Assembly: GCA_046328015.1 (NCBI GenBank)
Contig: JAXLXH010000001.1
Coordinates: forward strand, 3,173,135-3,237,134
Direction of reading: 5' to 3'
Source of the DNA: Candidatus Sericytochromatia bacterium
Lineage (GTDB): Bacteria; Cyanobacteriota; Sericytochromatia; UBA7694; JACMQJ01
DNA: 64,000 nt
Part shown: in pieces, positions 10,290 through 19,627 of the stretch
Layout of the letters: the number at the start of each line of letters is the position of its first letter
Position numbering within the stretch: the first letter of the stretch is position 1
Notes under the pieces: model-generated
What the model was told of the DNA's origin: nothing
Database searches by the model: none
What the model saw: the letters and a program-made list of their open reading frames with translations, nothing else
Program-made: the position numbers and the translations under genes

Positions 10290-11384
10290 ATGAGAATAGA
10301 ATTAATCATAATAAGCTTAATTCATGGCTTAATTCATAGCTTAGGATTTGTAAAAGGATTTGAATTTAAAGAAATAAAAGAATTATCCTCCCCTATTTCA
10401 AAAGAAATGGGAATATTATGGTTAATTTCTAGCTTATTATTTTTACTTTACACTTCTGCTATTTTTTTTAATCATAAATACTCTTGGTTTATAGGTTTTA
10501 TAGCTGTTTTATTATCTCAATTTCTAATTATTTTATTCTGGAAAGATGCTAAATTTGGAACATTACCTAATTTTATTATATTAATTGCTTCAATAATCTC
10601 TTATGGTAATTATAGTTTTGAAAAAATGGTACAACTAGAAACTAATATAATATTAGATAAAAACAAACTTCCAAAAGAAAAATTAGTTTCTGAAAATGAT
10701 TTAAATAAATTACCTTATGCAGTAAAAAAATGGCTTAATTCTTCTGGGATTATCGGAAAACCTTATATAAACATAGGAAAAGTTTTTCAAAAAGCTGAAA
10801 TGAAACTTAAACCAGAACAAACAGATTGGCTAAAAGCTACAGCTATACAATATTCTACTATAGATAATCCTTCATTTATTTGGAGTGTTTCTGTAAAAAT
10901 GAACAATTTTATTAACTTTAAAGGTAGAGATAAATTCGAAGATGGAAAAGGTAATATGTTGATTAAATTAAATTCTATAATCAATATTGTTAATGAGAAA
11001 GGAACTAAATTAGATGAAGGAACTATACAAAGATACTTAGGAGAAATGGTTTGGTTTCCTTCATTAGCTTTAAGTCCTTATATTACTTGGAAAGAAATAA
11101 ATAAAAATACTGCAATTGCTATTATGGAATATAAAGGGACAAAATGTGATGGGACTTTTTATTTTAATAATGAAGGTGATTTTATAAAATATACAACTTT
11201 ACGCTATAAAGGTAATAAGCCTGAAGATAAACGTTATGAGTGGGTTTTATTAGTTGATGAATATAAAACTTTTAATGGCATAAAAATTCCTTCTAAGATG
11301 AAAGCTACTTGGAAATTAGAAAATACTGATTGGACTTGGTTAAAGCTTGATATTATTGACATAAAATATAATAAAGACATTTAA
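10290..11384 (+). CDS. membrane-anchored hypothetical protein
   Basis: Three N-terminal hydrophobic helices followed by ~250-aa soluble domain; no motif recognised. Confidence 0.55.
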   Translation: MRIELIIISLIHGLIHSLGFVKGFEFKEIKELSSPISKEMGILWLISSLLFLLYTSAIFFNHKYSWFIGFIAVLLSQFLIILFWKDAKFGTLPNFIILIASIISYGNYSFEKMVQLETNIILDKNKLPKEKLVSENDLNKLPYAVKKWLNSSGIIGKPYINIGKVFQKAEMKLKPEQTDWLKATAIQYSTIDNPSFIWSVSVKMNNFINFKGRDKFEDGKGNMLIKLNSIINIVNEKGTKLDEGTIQRYLGEMVWFPSLALSPYITWKEINKNTAIAIMEYKGTKCDGTFYFNNEGDFIKYTTLRYKGNKPEDKRYEWVLLVDEYKTFNGIKIPSKMKATWKLENTDWTWLKLDIIDIKYNKDI

Positions 11385-11409
11385 TTAATAATATTTTTAA
11401 TTTATTTTA

Positions 11410-11463
11410 TTGACTTATTTTAAAATTTTATATACCATTATGTTAGTGAGTATTTACTAACAT
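11410..11463 (+). promoter_or_regulatory. putative promoter and operator of the TetR-family gene
   Basis: TTGACT at 11410-11415, TATACC-like -10 about 15-17 bp downstream, then perfect inverted repeat ATGTTAGT-N8-ACTAACAT (11440-11463) 18 bp upstream of the start. Confidence 0.4.
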
Positions 11464-11480
11464 AAGTAAAGTTAAAAATT

Positions 11481-12068
11481 ATGGAAAAAATAACAAATCG
11501 TCAACTAGAAATAATTGAAGCATCTGCTAAGATTTTAACATCTTATGGTATAAATGGACTTACTATAAAAAACATAGCTAAAAAAATGAATTTTTCTGAA
11601 GCTGCTATTTATAGACATTTCTCAAATAAAGAAGAAATTATTTTAACTCTACTAAATTTTGTAATAGAAAACATAACCTCATTATCTATGGCAAAAATAA
11701 ATGAAAATTACACAGCTATTGAAAAGCTTAAAATTATTTTTGAAGAACAATTTATTTTCTTTAATAAAAATCCACATTTAGTTATAGTTATTTTTTCAGA
11801 TAGTTTATTAGAAGAAAGTAAAGAAATAAATGAAAAAATTTTTAATTTAATGAAAACAAGAAAACAAACTCTTGAACCTGTTATTTTGCAAGGTCAAAAT
11901 GAAGGTATTTTTACTAAAGATTTAAATTCAGATGAAATTATTCATATAATTATGGGATCAGTTAGATTACAGATGTATAAGTGGAGAATCAATAAATTTA
12001 ATTTTGATATTATTAAAAATGGAAATAAAATAATTGAGAATTTAATCAAAGTGATTTCTAACAAATGA
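11481..12068 (+). CDS. TetR-family transcriptional regulator
   Basis: HTH LTIKNIAKKMNFSEAAIYRHFSNKEEI. Confidence 0.8.
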   Translation: MEKITNRQLEIIEASAKILTSYGINGLTIKNIAKKMNFSEAAIYRHFSNKEEIILTLLNFVIENITSLSMAKINENYTAIEKLKIIFEEQFIFFNKNPHLVIVIFSDSLLEESKEINEKIFNLMKTRKQTLEPVILQGQNEGIFTKDLNSDEIIHIIMGSVRLQMYKWRINKFNFDIIKNGNKIIENLIKVISNK

Positions 12069-12463
12069 AAAGAAAACTAAATTATTTTTTTATTACTTTT
12101 TTATGTTTATTTGGAGTTTTAAATATTTTTCTTACTTCATCAATTATTTTAGATTTATTTAATGTAAGAGCAAGAGTAGGAAATTTTGTTCCTTTTGTAG
12201 TTTGGATTAATTTTTTTACTGGTTTTAATTATGTATTAGCAACTTATGGTTTTATAAAGTTAAAACAATGGACAAAAAGGATTTTGATTATAAATTTATT
12301 TATATTAATTTTAGGCTTTATAGCTTTCTTTTTCTATATAAATTTAGGAGGTATTTATAAATATGATACTATTTTTGCTTTGTTATTTAGAATAACTTTT
12401 ACTCTAATAGCTATATTATTTTCTTATTCATTAATAAAAAAGGAGTCATATAATCATGAATAA
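12065..12463 (+). CDS. small integral membrane protein
   Basis: Four hydrophobic segments; start overlaps TetR stop (ATGA). Confidence 0.6.
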   Translation: MKRKLNYFFITFLCLFGVLNIFLTSSIILDLFNVRARVGNFVPFVVWINFFTGFNYVLATYGFIKLKQWTKRILIINLFILILGFIAFFFYINLGGIYKYDTIFALLFRITFTLIAILFSYSLIKKESYNHE

Positions 12464-12842
12464 CTTTAAAAGAAGTTTTTTTATAGGATTAAGTATATTA
12501 ATTTTTTCTATTTTAGTTGCTAATGCCCAAGAATTAAAAAAAGATGAAAAAATTGATAATATTAAAAATTTACACAATAATAATGAAAATCTTTCTGTTA
12601 AACAATTATTTAAGGGTAAAGAAGGTATTACTCGTTCACTTCAATTAAAAAAAGATGCTCTTTTAAAAGAACATATAACTAAAATAGAAGCTCTTTTAAT
12701 TTGTATTTCTGGTGAAGCTCTTTATGAAGATGAAAAAGGCAATAAAAAATCTTTAAAAATAGGAGATTATATAATAATAGAACCTATGGTAAAACATTGG
12801 GTTAAAGCAACTGAAGATAGCCAATTATTACTTATAAAATAG
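12456..12842 (+). CDS. secreted cupin-domain protein
   Basis: Signal peptide; C-terminal cupin-like beta pattern; overlaps previous gene (operon). Confidence 0.55.
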   Translation: MNNFKRSFFIGLSILIFSILVANAQELKKDEKIDNIKNLHNNNENLSVKQLFKGKEGITRSLQLKKDALLKEHITKIEALLICISGEALYEDEKGNKKSLKIGDYIIIEPMVKHWVKATEDSQLLLIK

Positions 12843-12846
12843 GATT

Positions 12847-13368
12847 TTAATTAAATTTATCTAGATTAAATTTAACTTCGTAATTAGAGGAATCTACTTT
12901 TAATTCTATTTCAGGGTATTTTTTCAAAATATTTAGCATAGGATAGTTATAACAATTAACAGTACCTACTAGAAATTTTATTTTACTTTCTTTAGCATAG
13001 TCGATTAAAATTTTTATTAGATTTTTTCCTACGCCTTGGCTTTGAAATCTATCTATAACTGTTACTGCTACTTCTGCACTAAAATCATCTATTTTTATAT
13101 ATCTTGCTACACCTATGCCTAGTCTTTTCCCATCTTCATCTATTCCAGCTCCAAAAGCTACGTGTTTAACCCAATCTGGAGAAGATAAGTATTCTAATTC
13201 CTTTTCTGATAAATTTTTTTTTAATTCTAAAAATCTAAACATAATAGATTTTTCACTTAACTGGAAAAAACCATTTTCTATAGTTATTTTATCGGCATGA
13301 GTAATTTTTTTTATTTGATATGGAATACCATCTTTAGTAAAAAACTCAAATTTTTTATTAAAATCCAT
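12847..13368 (-). CDS. GNAT-family N-acetyltransferase
   Basis: Acetyl-CoA motif A RFQSQGVGKNLIKILIDYAKE. Confidence 0.75.
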   Translation of the reverse strand: MDFNKKFEFFTKDGIPYQIKKITHADKITIENGFFQLSEKSIMFRFLELKKNLSEKELEYLSSPDWVKHVAFGAGIDEDGKRLGIGVARYIKIDDFSAEVAVTVIDRFQSQGVGKNLIKILIDYAKESKIKFLVGTVNCYNYPMLNILKKYPEIELKVDSSNYEVKFNLDKFN

Positions 13369-13510
13369 TTTTAGAATCTACTTTTTTAAATTTTAGTATA
13401 ATTTTCAACCTACATAGATTATACAATTATAATTTATAAGCTAGTTAAAAAATATAGTTTATTTTATCTGCTATAGTATTTATAAATACATTCTAAAACA
13501 GGAATAAATA

Positions 13511-14143
13511 ATGGATAAAGATTTTTGGTTAACTAGATGGGAACAAAGAGAAATAGCATTTCATGGTAATGAAGCTAACCCTTTATTAATAAATAATTTT
13601 GAAAAATTGGGTTTAAAAGAGGAAAGTACAATTTTTGTGCCACTTTGTGGAAAAACCTTAGATATTGCCTGGTTACTTGCCAAAGGACATAAAATTATAG
13701 GTTGCGAATTGGTTGAAACAGCTATAAAAGAATTATTTGAAGAATTAAACTTAATACCCAAAATAACAGAATTAGGCACTATAAAACATTATAGCTATGA
13801 AAATTTAGATATTTTTGTTGGAGATGTTTTTGAACTAACTAAAGAGCATTTAGGGAAAATAGATGCTATTTATGATAGAGCTGCATTAGTTGCTTTGCCT
13901 TATGATTTAAGAATTAAATATACTAAACATCTTATAGATATTACTGAAAAAGCACCTAAATTACTTGTTGTTTATGAGTATGATCAAGAAAAATTAGATG
14001 GACCACCTTTTTCTATAACAGATGAAGAAGTAAAAAAACATTATGAAGGTATTTATACTATAAATTGTTTATCAAAAAATGAAGTTGAAGGTGGTTTAAA
14101 AGGAAAATGTCCAACAACAGAGAATGTTTGGTTAATTAAATGA
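13511..14143 (+). CDS. tpm: thiopurine S-methyltransferase family protein
   Basis: Family-typical WLTRWEQREIAFH ... IFVPLCGKTLDIAWLLAKGHKIIGCELVETAIKELFEE. Confidence 0.8.
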   Translation: MDKDFWLTRWEQREIAFHGNEANPLLINNFEKLGLKEESTIFVPLCGKTLDIAWLLAKGHKIIGCELVETAIKELFEELNLIPKITELGTIKHYSYENLDIFVGDVFELTKEHLGKIDAIYDRAALVALPYDLRIKYTKHLIDITEKAPKLLVVYEYDQEKLDGPPFSITDEEVKKHYEGIYTINCLSKNEVEGGLKGKCPTTENVWLIK

Positions 14144-14247
14144 TAAAAATAATATTTATTACTTTAAATAATCTTATATGATATAATTTTTTCTAATTTT
14201 AATTAAAAGACAAAATCTTTAAAAAATTAAGTTAAAGGTTAATAAAA

Positions 14248-15828
14248 ATGTATTTAACTAGAGGTCAAAGAATAAAGTTAGTAGATTATACAAAATCTAC
14301 TAACTTTATTATAAAAATAAAACTTCAAGGAAATAATAAAGAAGAATATGATATAAGCTGTTTTGGTTTAGATTCAGAAGAAAAGTGTTCAGATGATAAA
14401 TATATGGTATTTTATAATCAGAAAAAAACTCCATGTAACAGTATAATTATTAAAGAAGAATATTTTGATAATGAATTAAGTTTTGAAATAAATATTAATA
14501 AATTACCTGAAAAAATACAAAAAATATCTTTTACTGCAACTGTTGATGGCATTGGAGTAATGTCTGATTTAAAAGAAGGTAGCATATCTTTAATAGAAAA
14601 TTTTGAAAATAAATTTACATATAAATTTACAGGTAATGATTTTAAAAACGAAAAATCATTAATGCTAGGAGAGATTTATTTTAAAGATGAATGGAAATTT
14701 TATGCAAAAGGTTTTGGTTTTAATGGTGGATTAAGTTCTTTACTAGAATACTTTGGTATAGAAGAAGAACAAGAAATAACTAGTAATATAGAAATAATAA
14801 ATTTAAACAGTATCGTAGAAGAAGAGCCTCCTTTACCTAAAAAAAATTTAGGAGAATTTTTCAAAAATATTTTATTAACTCCTTTTAAATATGTTGAAAA
14901 AAAAATAGATGAAAAAAAAGAATTACAAGAAAGACAAAATTTAGAAGAATCTATAATTCAAAAAAAACTTAAATTTAAACAAATTCTTATAGATTATTTA
15001 TCAGATGGAGTTTTAACAAATACAGAAATGAATAATCTAGAAGTATTTTGTATTGAAAATAATATTAATATTGATGAATGCTTATATTCATCTAAGTATG
15101 AAGTTGAATCTTTTTTGAGATTACTTTTAGCTAATATTGTATCTGATTTTATTGTAACTCAAGAAGAAGAAAATACAATAAAGAGTGTTTGTTCTTTTTT
15201 GAAACCATCAATTCAAATAATTGAAGAAATTGAATCGACAATATATAGAGTTAAAGAACTCTCTAAAATAAGAAAAGGAGAAGTTTATCCAATAGATAAC
15301 CCTAAAATAATAACTAAATTAAGTGAGTTAGTTTGGTATATAGAATATAATATAAAAATATTAAAAATAACAAAGAAAGACTTAATACATTATAAAGGTG
15401 ATTTATTTGTTACTAGTGATAGATTATTATTTAAATCTCAAGATTATCCATTAGAAATATCCTTAAAAAATATTATTGATTTAGAATATAGTGGTTTGGA
15501 TTTATATATAACTGGTAATACGAATAAGTCTACTTGTCAATTTAAATTATATGAAGGTGAAAAATTACTAGCTTATATAGAACAAGCTTTAAATAAATTC
15601 CATAGAAAATTAGATTTTTCTAATTCAAATAAAAAAACAAGAACTATTCCTCAAACAGTAAGGCAAGAAGTTTGGTTAAGAGATCAAGGACAATGTGTTG
15701 AATGTTTAGCTACAGAATATTTAGAATATGATCATGTTATTCCATTTTCAAAAGGTGGTTCTAATTCAACTAATAATATTCAATTATTATGTAGAAAATG
15801 TAATTTAAAAAAAAGTGATCGTATTTAA
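14248..15828 (+). CDS. multidomain protein: N-terminal TerD domain, helical linker, bacterial PH-like domain, C-terminal HNH endonuclease
   Basis: TerD-like LTRGQRIKL...DISCFGLD...VFYNQ...GEIYFKDEWKFYAKGFGFNGGLSSL; HNH motif CVECLATEYLEYDHVIPFSKGGSNSTNNIQLLCRKCNLKKSD. Confidence 0.8.
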   Translation: MYLTRGQRIKLVDYTKSTNFIIKIKLQGNNKEEYDISCFGLDSEEKCSDDKYMVFYNQKKTPCNSIIIKEEYFDNELSFEININKLPEKIQKISFTATVDGIGVMSDLKEGSISLIENFENKFTYKFTGNDFKNEKSLMLGEIYFKDEWKFYAKGFGFNGGLSSLLEYFGIEEEQEITSNIEIINLNSIVEEEPPLPKKNLGEFFKNILLTPFKYVEKKIDEKKELQERQNLEESIIQKKLKFKQILIDYLSDGVLTNTEMNNLEVFCIENNINIDECLYSSKYEVESFLRLLLANIVSDFIVTQEEENTIKSVCSFLKPSIQIIEEIESTIYRVKELSKIRKGEVYPIDNPKIITKLSELVWYIEYNIKILKITKKDLIHYKGDLFVTSDRLLFKSQDYPLEISLKNIIDLEYSGLDLYITGNTNKSTCQFKLYEGEKLLAYIEQALNKFHRKLDFSNSNKKTRTIPQTVRQEVWLRDQGQCVECLATEYLEYDHVIPFSKGGSNSTNNIQLLCRKCNLKKSDRI

Positions 15829-15870
15829 ATTTATAGCTATTCTAAAAAAAATTAAATACAAAGTTAATTC

Positions 15871-15945
15871 TAAAAGTTTAAAATGAGAAAAACACACTAG
15901 ATTCCGTATTCTACTACGGAAGGACGAAGTGTGTTTTTATAATAA
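15871..15945 (+). repeat. palindromic repeat family C copy 2 (terminator-like)
   Basis: taaaagtttaaaatgagaaaaacacactagattccgtattctactacggaaggacgaagtgtgttttt, ~45 bp after the TerD-HNH stop. Confidence 0.65.
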
Positions 15946-16100
15946 TTTCTATTATCGTGCTCTCGAAAAAGAGGACAAAGCAGTGCTTTGCCCCTACCAA
16001 AACAATGGGTTTGGCACCAATATTTTTTGTAAAAAACAGCTTTTTGAACATATTTTCATAGTTATATTTATATTTTATTTATATGGGATTATCTATACTA

Positions 16101-17297
16101 TCAACGAATAAATATTTTACCAAACTTTAAAATTACAAATGAAAGCAACATAAATATTCCTAAAAAGATAAAACCAGAAAAAATAGAAAAATTAGTTGAC
16201 ACATAAGAAAAAATTAGCCCAATTATTATGACAAAAAACCTTTCTATAAAATTAAAAACAGATTCTATTGTAGCTCTATATTTAGATTCAACTTTATGAT
16301 GTATATAACCTAAGCTTAGAATATCTATCATCCCACTAAAGATAAAAACTAGAGTCATAAATATAATACCTATTTTATTAGCCATAAATCCAGTTATAAT
16401 AATAAATAGGGCTGAAAAAAATAAGCTTATGCTAAAAATATTAGTTATAGAAATTTTTTCTTTTATTTTATAAGCTAAAAATCTTGAAATAGCTGAAAAA
16501 AATTCTCTAAAAATAGAATAAATACCAAATAAAATAATAGGGAAATTAACTTTTTCAAAGTAAATTTGCCAATACTCATCTATATATCCTATAGTTGCAA
16601 CCATTAGTATAGAAACTAGAATTATATGATATAAAATCTTATCATTTTTAAAAAAATCTAAAATTTCTTTATAACTTGTTTTTATATTAGAATTATTTTC
16701 AATTTCATTATCTTCATCTTGAGCATAAGATCTTTTTGGTTCTATCAATGTAAAAGTTATTAAAAAAGCTATAAAAACAGTTATTATTGATAAGTAGCTA
16801 GTATAAGTATAATTATACCTAGTCGCAACCCAAGAACCTACTAAAGCTCCTATGGAAGCTGAAATAGATGCATATAATTCTGAAGTAGCTAAAACTTTTT
16901 CAAATTCAAGTTCTTTATTATTTTCTTTTAGTGAATCATAATAAATAGCATTTAAAGTTCCACTAGATAAAGCACCAGAAAAGGCTGCACAAACAACTGA
17001 TAAAGCAAAGCCTATAAAAGAAAAAGAAATTGATAACCCATAAAAGTATAATATAAAACAAAAAGAGCTTAAAATCATAACTCTTTTTCTACTCCAAATA
17101 TCTGCTAAAATACCAGTAGGAATTTCAAAAATAATAATAGAAGTAGCATAAACTATTTCTAAATAAACCATTTCTTGAATAGATAAGCCCCTTTCTGCTT
17201 CAAATAATCTTTCTATAATATAGTAAAAAATAAATGAGTGAAAAAAGGCATATAGATTTAATTTATATATATTTGAGTAACTATTTTTTATTTTCAT
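16101..17297 (-). CDS. MFS transporter
   Basis: About 12 TM helices with MFS-like loop DIWSRKRVMI after helix 2. Confidence 0.7.
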   Translation of the reverse strand: MKIKNSYSNIYKLNLYAFFHSFIFYYIIERLFEAERGLSIQEMVYLEIVYATSIIIFEIPTGILADIWSRKRVMILSSFCFILYFYGLSISFSFIGFALSVVCAAFSGALSSGTLNAIYYDSLKENNKELEFEKVLATSELYASISASIGALVGSWVATRYNYTYTSYLSIITVFIAFLITFTLIEPKRSYAQDEDNEIENNSNIKTSYKEILDFFKNDKILYHIILVSILMVATIGYIDEYWQIYFEKVNFPIILFGIYSIFREFFSAISRFLAYKIKEKISITNIFSISLFFSALFIIITGFMANKIGIIFMTLVFIFSGMIDILSLGYIHHKVESKYRATIESVFNFIERFFVIIIGLIFSYVSTNFSIFSGFIFLGIFMLLSFVILKFGKIFIR

Positions 17298-17435
17298 TAT
17301 TTTATCCTCTTAAATTAATTAATATTAGTTTTTTTAGTATTAATTAAAATAAATAGAATTTTTTATTTTAAATAAAATAAAGAAAAGTATGAGAGTATTT
17401 TTTATTTTATTGAAGATATTTAATTGTTTTTTATA

Positions 17436-17468
17436 CAACCAAAAAGAGAGGTTATTTTTTATAACCTC
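17436..17468 (-). terminator. rho-independent terminator for lipoprotein gene 17600-18370
   Basis: Minus strand reads gaggttat-loop-ataacctc followed by TTTTTGG. Confidence 0.5.
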
Positions 17469-17599
17469 ATAACTCTTTTTAGTTTTTTTATCTAGATATT
17501 AACAGACTACTTTTAATATATAAGATAAACTTGTTTTTTTGTACATATTTTTATTTTTAACTTCATTTAGGGTTTAACTCTAAAAATGAAGAATATACT

Positions 17600-18370
17600 T
17601 TATTCTATGGTAGGATTTTTTAAAGTATGAGAAGTAAAAAGTCCTGTTAACCCAGCTGTATAATCTCTATAATCAGAAATATATAATCTGGTTTTATATT
17701 GTTTATCAATAAGTTTATAATCTCTTGATATTACAAGGCTTCCATTAGAAGTTTCATAAGGTCTTCCATTACCTGTTCCATTAACAATTTCAGTTTGAGC
17801 TTTCATATTTTTTATTAATAAGCTTTCATCCATTTTAGCTATTTTTACAGTTTTATTACCAGTAAAATATCCTATATCAGAACTATAAGCATAAGGTTTA
17901 CCTTCTGCTATTGAATCTGTAACTAAAACTTTAGCAACATTAGCAAAAACTTTTTCTCTATTAGCAGCAGATATTTTACTTCCTTTTATACTTAAAGTAG
18001 CATCATCAGCCATTAATAAGTTTACTATTTCTGATGGTGTAAAAGCTTTTGCTGGAGTATATCCCCAAGATTTATCATCATAGTTATAAAAGAAACCTTC
18101 TCCCATACCACCTATTACAAGTGGAACTTCTTTAGCATCTACTTGACCATCTTTATTTAGATCTAAAGCATTTGCTATTTTTAAAGCAAAGTCTTTTGAC
18201 ATAGATTTTGCATTTACAGGAACCGATTTTGGAGGAGTATAATCATTTTTTTTAGGAGCAGCTAATGCATTTACTTGTTCTTCTTGTAAGTTATTATTAA
18301 TTTGGTTAGAACAAGAAAATAAACTAAGTGCTAAAATTGAAGCAGATAATATAGTAGCAATTTTTTTCAT
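17600..18370 (-). CDS. lipoprotein, hypothetical
   Basis: Signal peptide with lipobox LSLFSC. Confidence 0.65.
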   Translation of the reverse strand: MKKIATILSASILALSLFSCSNQINNNLQEEQVNALAAPKKNDYTPPKSVPVNAKSMSKDFALKIANALDLNKDGQVDAKEVPLVIGGMGEGFFYNYDDKSWGYTPAKAFTPSEIVNLLMADDATLSIKGSKISAANREKVFANVAKVLVTDSIAEGKPYAYSSDIGYFTGNKTVKIAKMDESLLIKNMKAQTEIVNGTGNGRPYETSNGSLVISRDYKLIDKQYKTRLYISDYRDYTAGLTGLFTSHTLKNPTIE

Positions 18371-18634
18371 TTTTTTTACCTTAAAATCGTATTATATGTA
18401 TTTAATTAAATTATATAATTTTTTTCATTTTTTTTCTAGCTATTTTTAACAAAAAATTAACTAATTGTTAACTATTAAATAATTTAATAATTTTTATTAT
18501 TACTAATATAAGTATTATAAATTCTAAAAAAATTAAGCTTATAAAATATTTTTTTAATAATATTAAAAGTGAATATCTTTTTTATTTTATGATAAAATTC
18601 TAAATATGTATTATATATATTAGGTTATTTATTA

Positions 18635-19066
18635 ATGGCACAATCATCGGAACAATTAAACAAAAAAAAATCAGTTGGTTTAAAAATAAAATTATTATTA
18701 GGGCTGGTTGTTTTTTTGGTATTGGTTTTAGTTGGCTTAATTTTATATTTTCAATATGTTCTCTTTAAAACAAAAGCAGAAGGAATAGCAATTGGATATA
18801 AAAAAGCTATTGTAGCTGCATATCAAGCTCAAAGACCATTACCAAATACTATTTTTGAAGAAGGAAATTATAGAGTTGAAGTTAATAGCCAACAAACTTC
18901 TTCTGGGCAAATAAAAGTTTCTATTGCTGTAAGAGATAAATATTCAAATGTTAGTCATTTTAATCATGAAGATACTATAGCCTTAACTCAACAAATACCT
19001 ATGTCTATGCCACAAGTTCAATCTATTCCAGCTCCTAATACTCAAGCATCAGATCAACCAAAATAA
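18635..19066 (+). CDS. single-pass membrane protein, hypothetical
   Basis: One TM helix LLLGLVVFLVLVLVGLILYF; 4-bp gap to NUDIX gene. Confidence 0.55.
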   Translation: MAQSSEQLNKKKSVGLKIKLLLGLVVFLVLVLVGLILYFQYVLFKTKAEGIAIGYKKAIVAAYQAQRPLPNTIFEEGNYRVEVNSQQTSSGQIKVSIAVRDKYSNVSHFNHEDTIALTQQIPMSMPQVQSIPAPNTQASDQPK

Positions 19067-19069
19067 AAT

Positions 19070-19624
19070 ATGTTAGAGCTTATTAAAAATAAATTAGGTA
19101 ATAATTTATTTAAAGAAGATATTGCAAAAGAAGATTTTACTTTAGCTTCTGTGCTAATTCCTTTGTATAAGAAAAATGATAAAACTTACATCTTATTTAC
19201 AAAAAGAAGTAATAAAGTAAAACATCATAAAGGACAAATATCTTTTCCAGGTGGTAAATTTGAAACTAATGATAAAAATTTACAAGAAACTTCTCTAAGA
19301 GAAACTTATGAAGAAATAGGCGTAAAACCAGAAGATATAGAAATAATAGGTAAAATGCCTTCTATTATTACTATATCTAATTTTTATGTAACACCTTTTG
19401 TTGGTTATTTTAATTATCCATACAATTTTAAAATAAGTACCGATGAAATTGATACTTTAATTGAAGCTCCTTTAGAACATTTTTTTGATGAATCTATTTT
19501 CTGGATAGAAAATAGAGAAGTTTTTGGAAATATAAAAAAAGTTTATTTTTATTCTTATGAGGGGCATACAATTTGGGGTGCAACTGGTAAAATATTATAT
19601 GATTTATTGAGAGTGATAAGATAA
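19070..19624 (+). CDS. NUDIX hydrolase (CoA-pyrophosphatase-like)
   Basis: Nudix box GGKFETNDKNLQETSLRETYEEIGV. Confidence 0.8.
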   Translation: MLELIKNKLGNNLFKEDIAKEDFTLASVLIPLYKKNDKTYILFTKRSNKVKHHKGQISFPGGKFETNDKNLQETSLRETYEEIGVKPEDIEIIGKMPSIITISNFYVTPFVGYFNYPYNFKISTDEIDTLIEAPLEHFFDESIFWIENREVFGNIKKVYFYSYEGHTIWGATGKILYDLLRVIR

Positions 19625-19627
19625 TAT

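Noticed and set aside
15929-16111. 60-aa intergenic ORF (and similar 24377-24571)
   Set aside because: No RBS, hydrophobic low-complexity translation, overlaps a terminator-like repeat or IS-remnant region.
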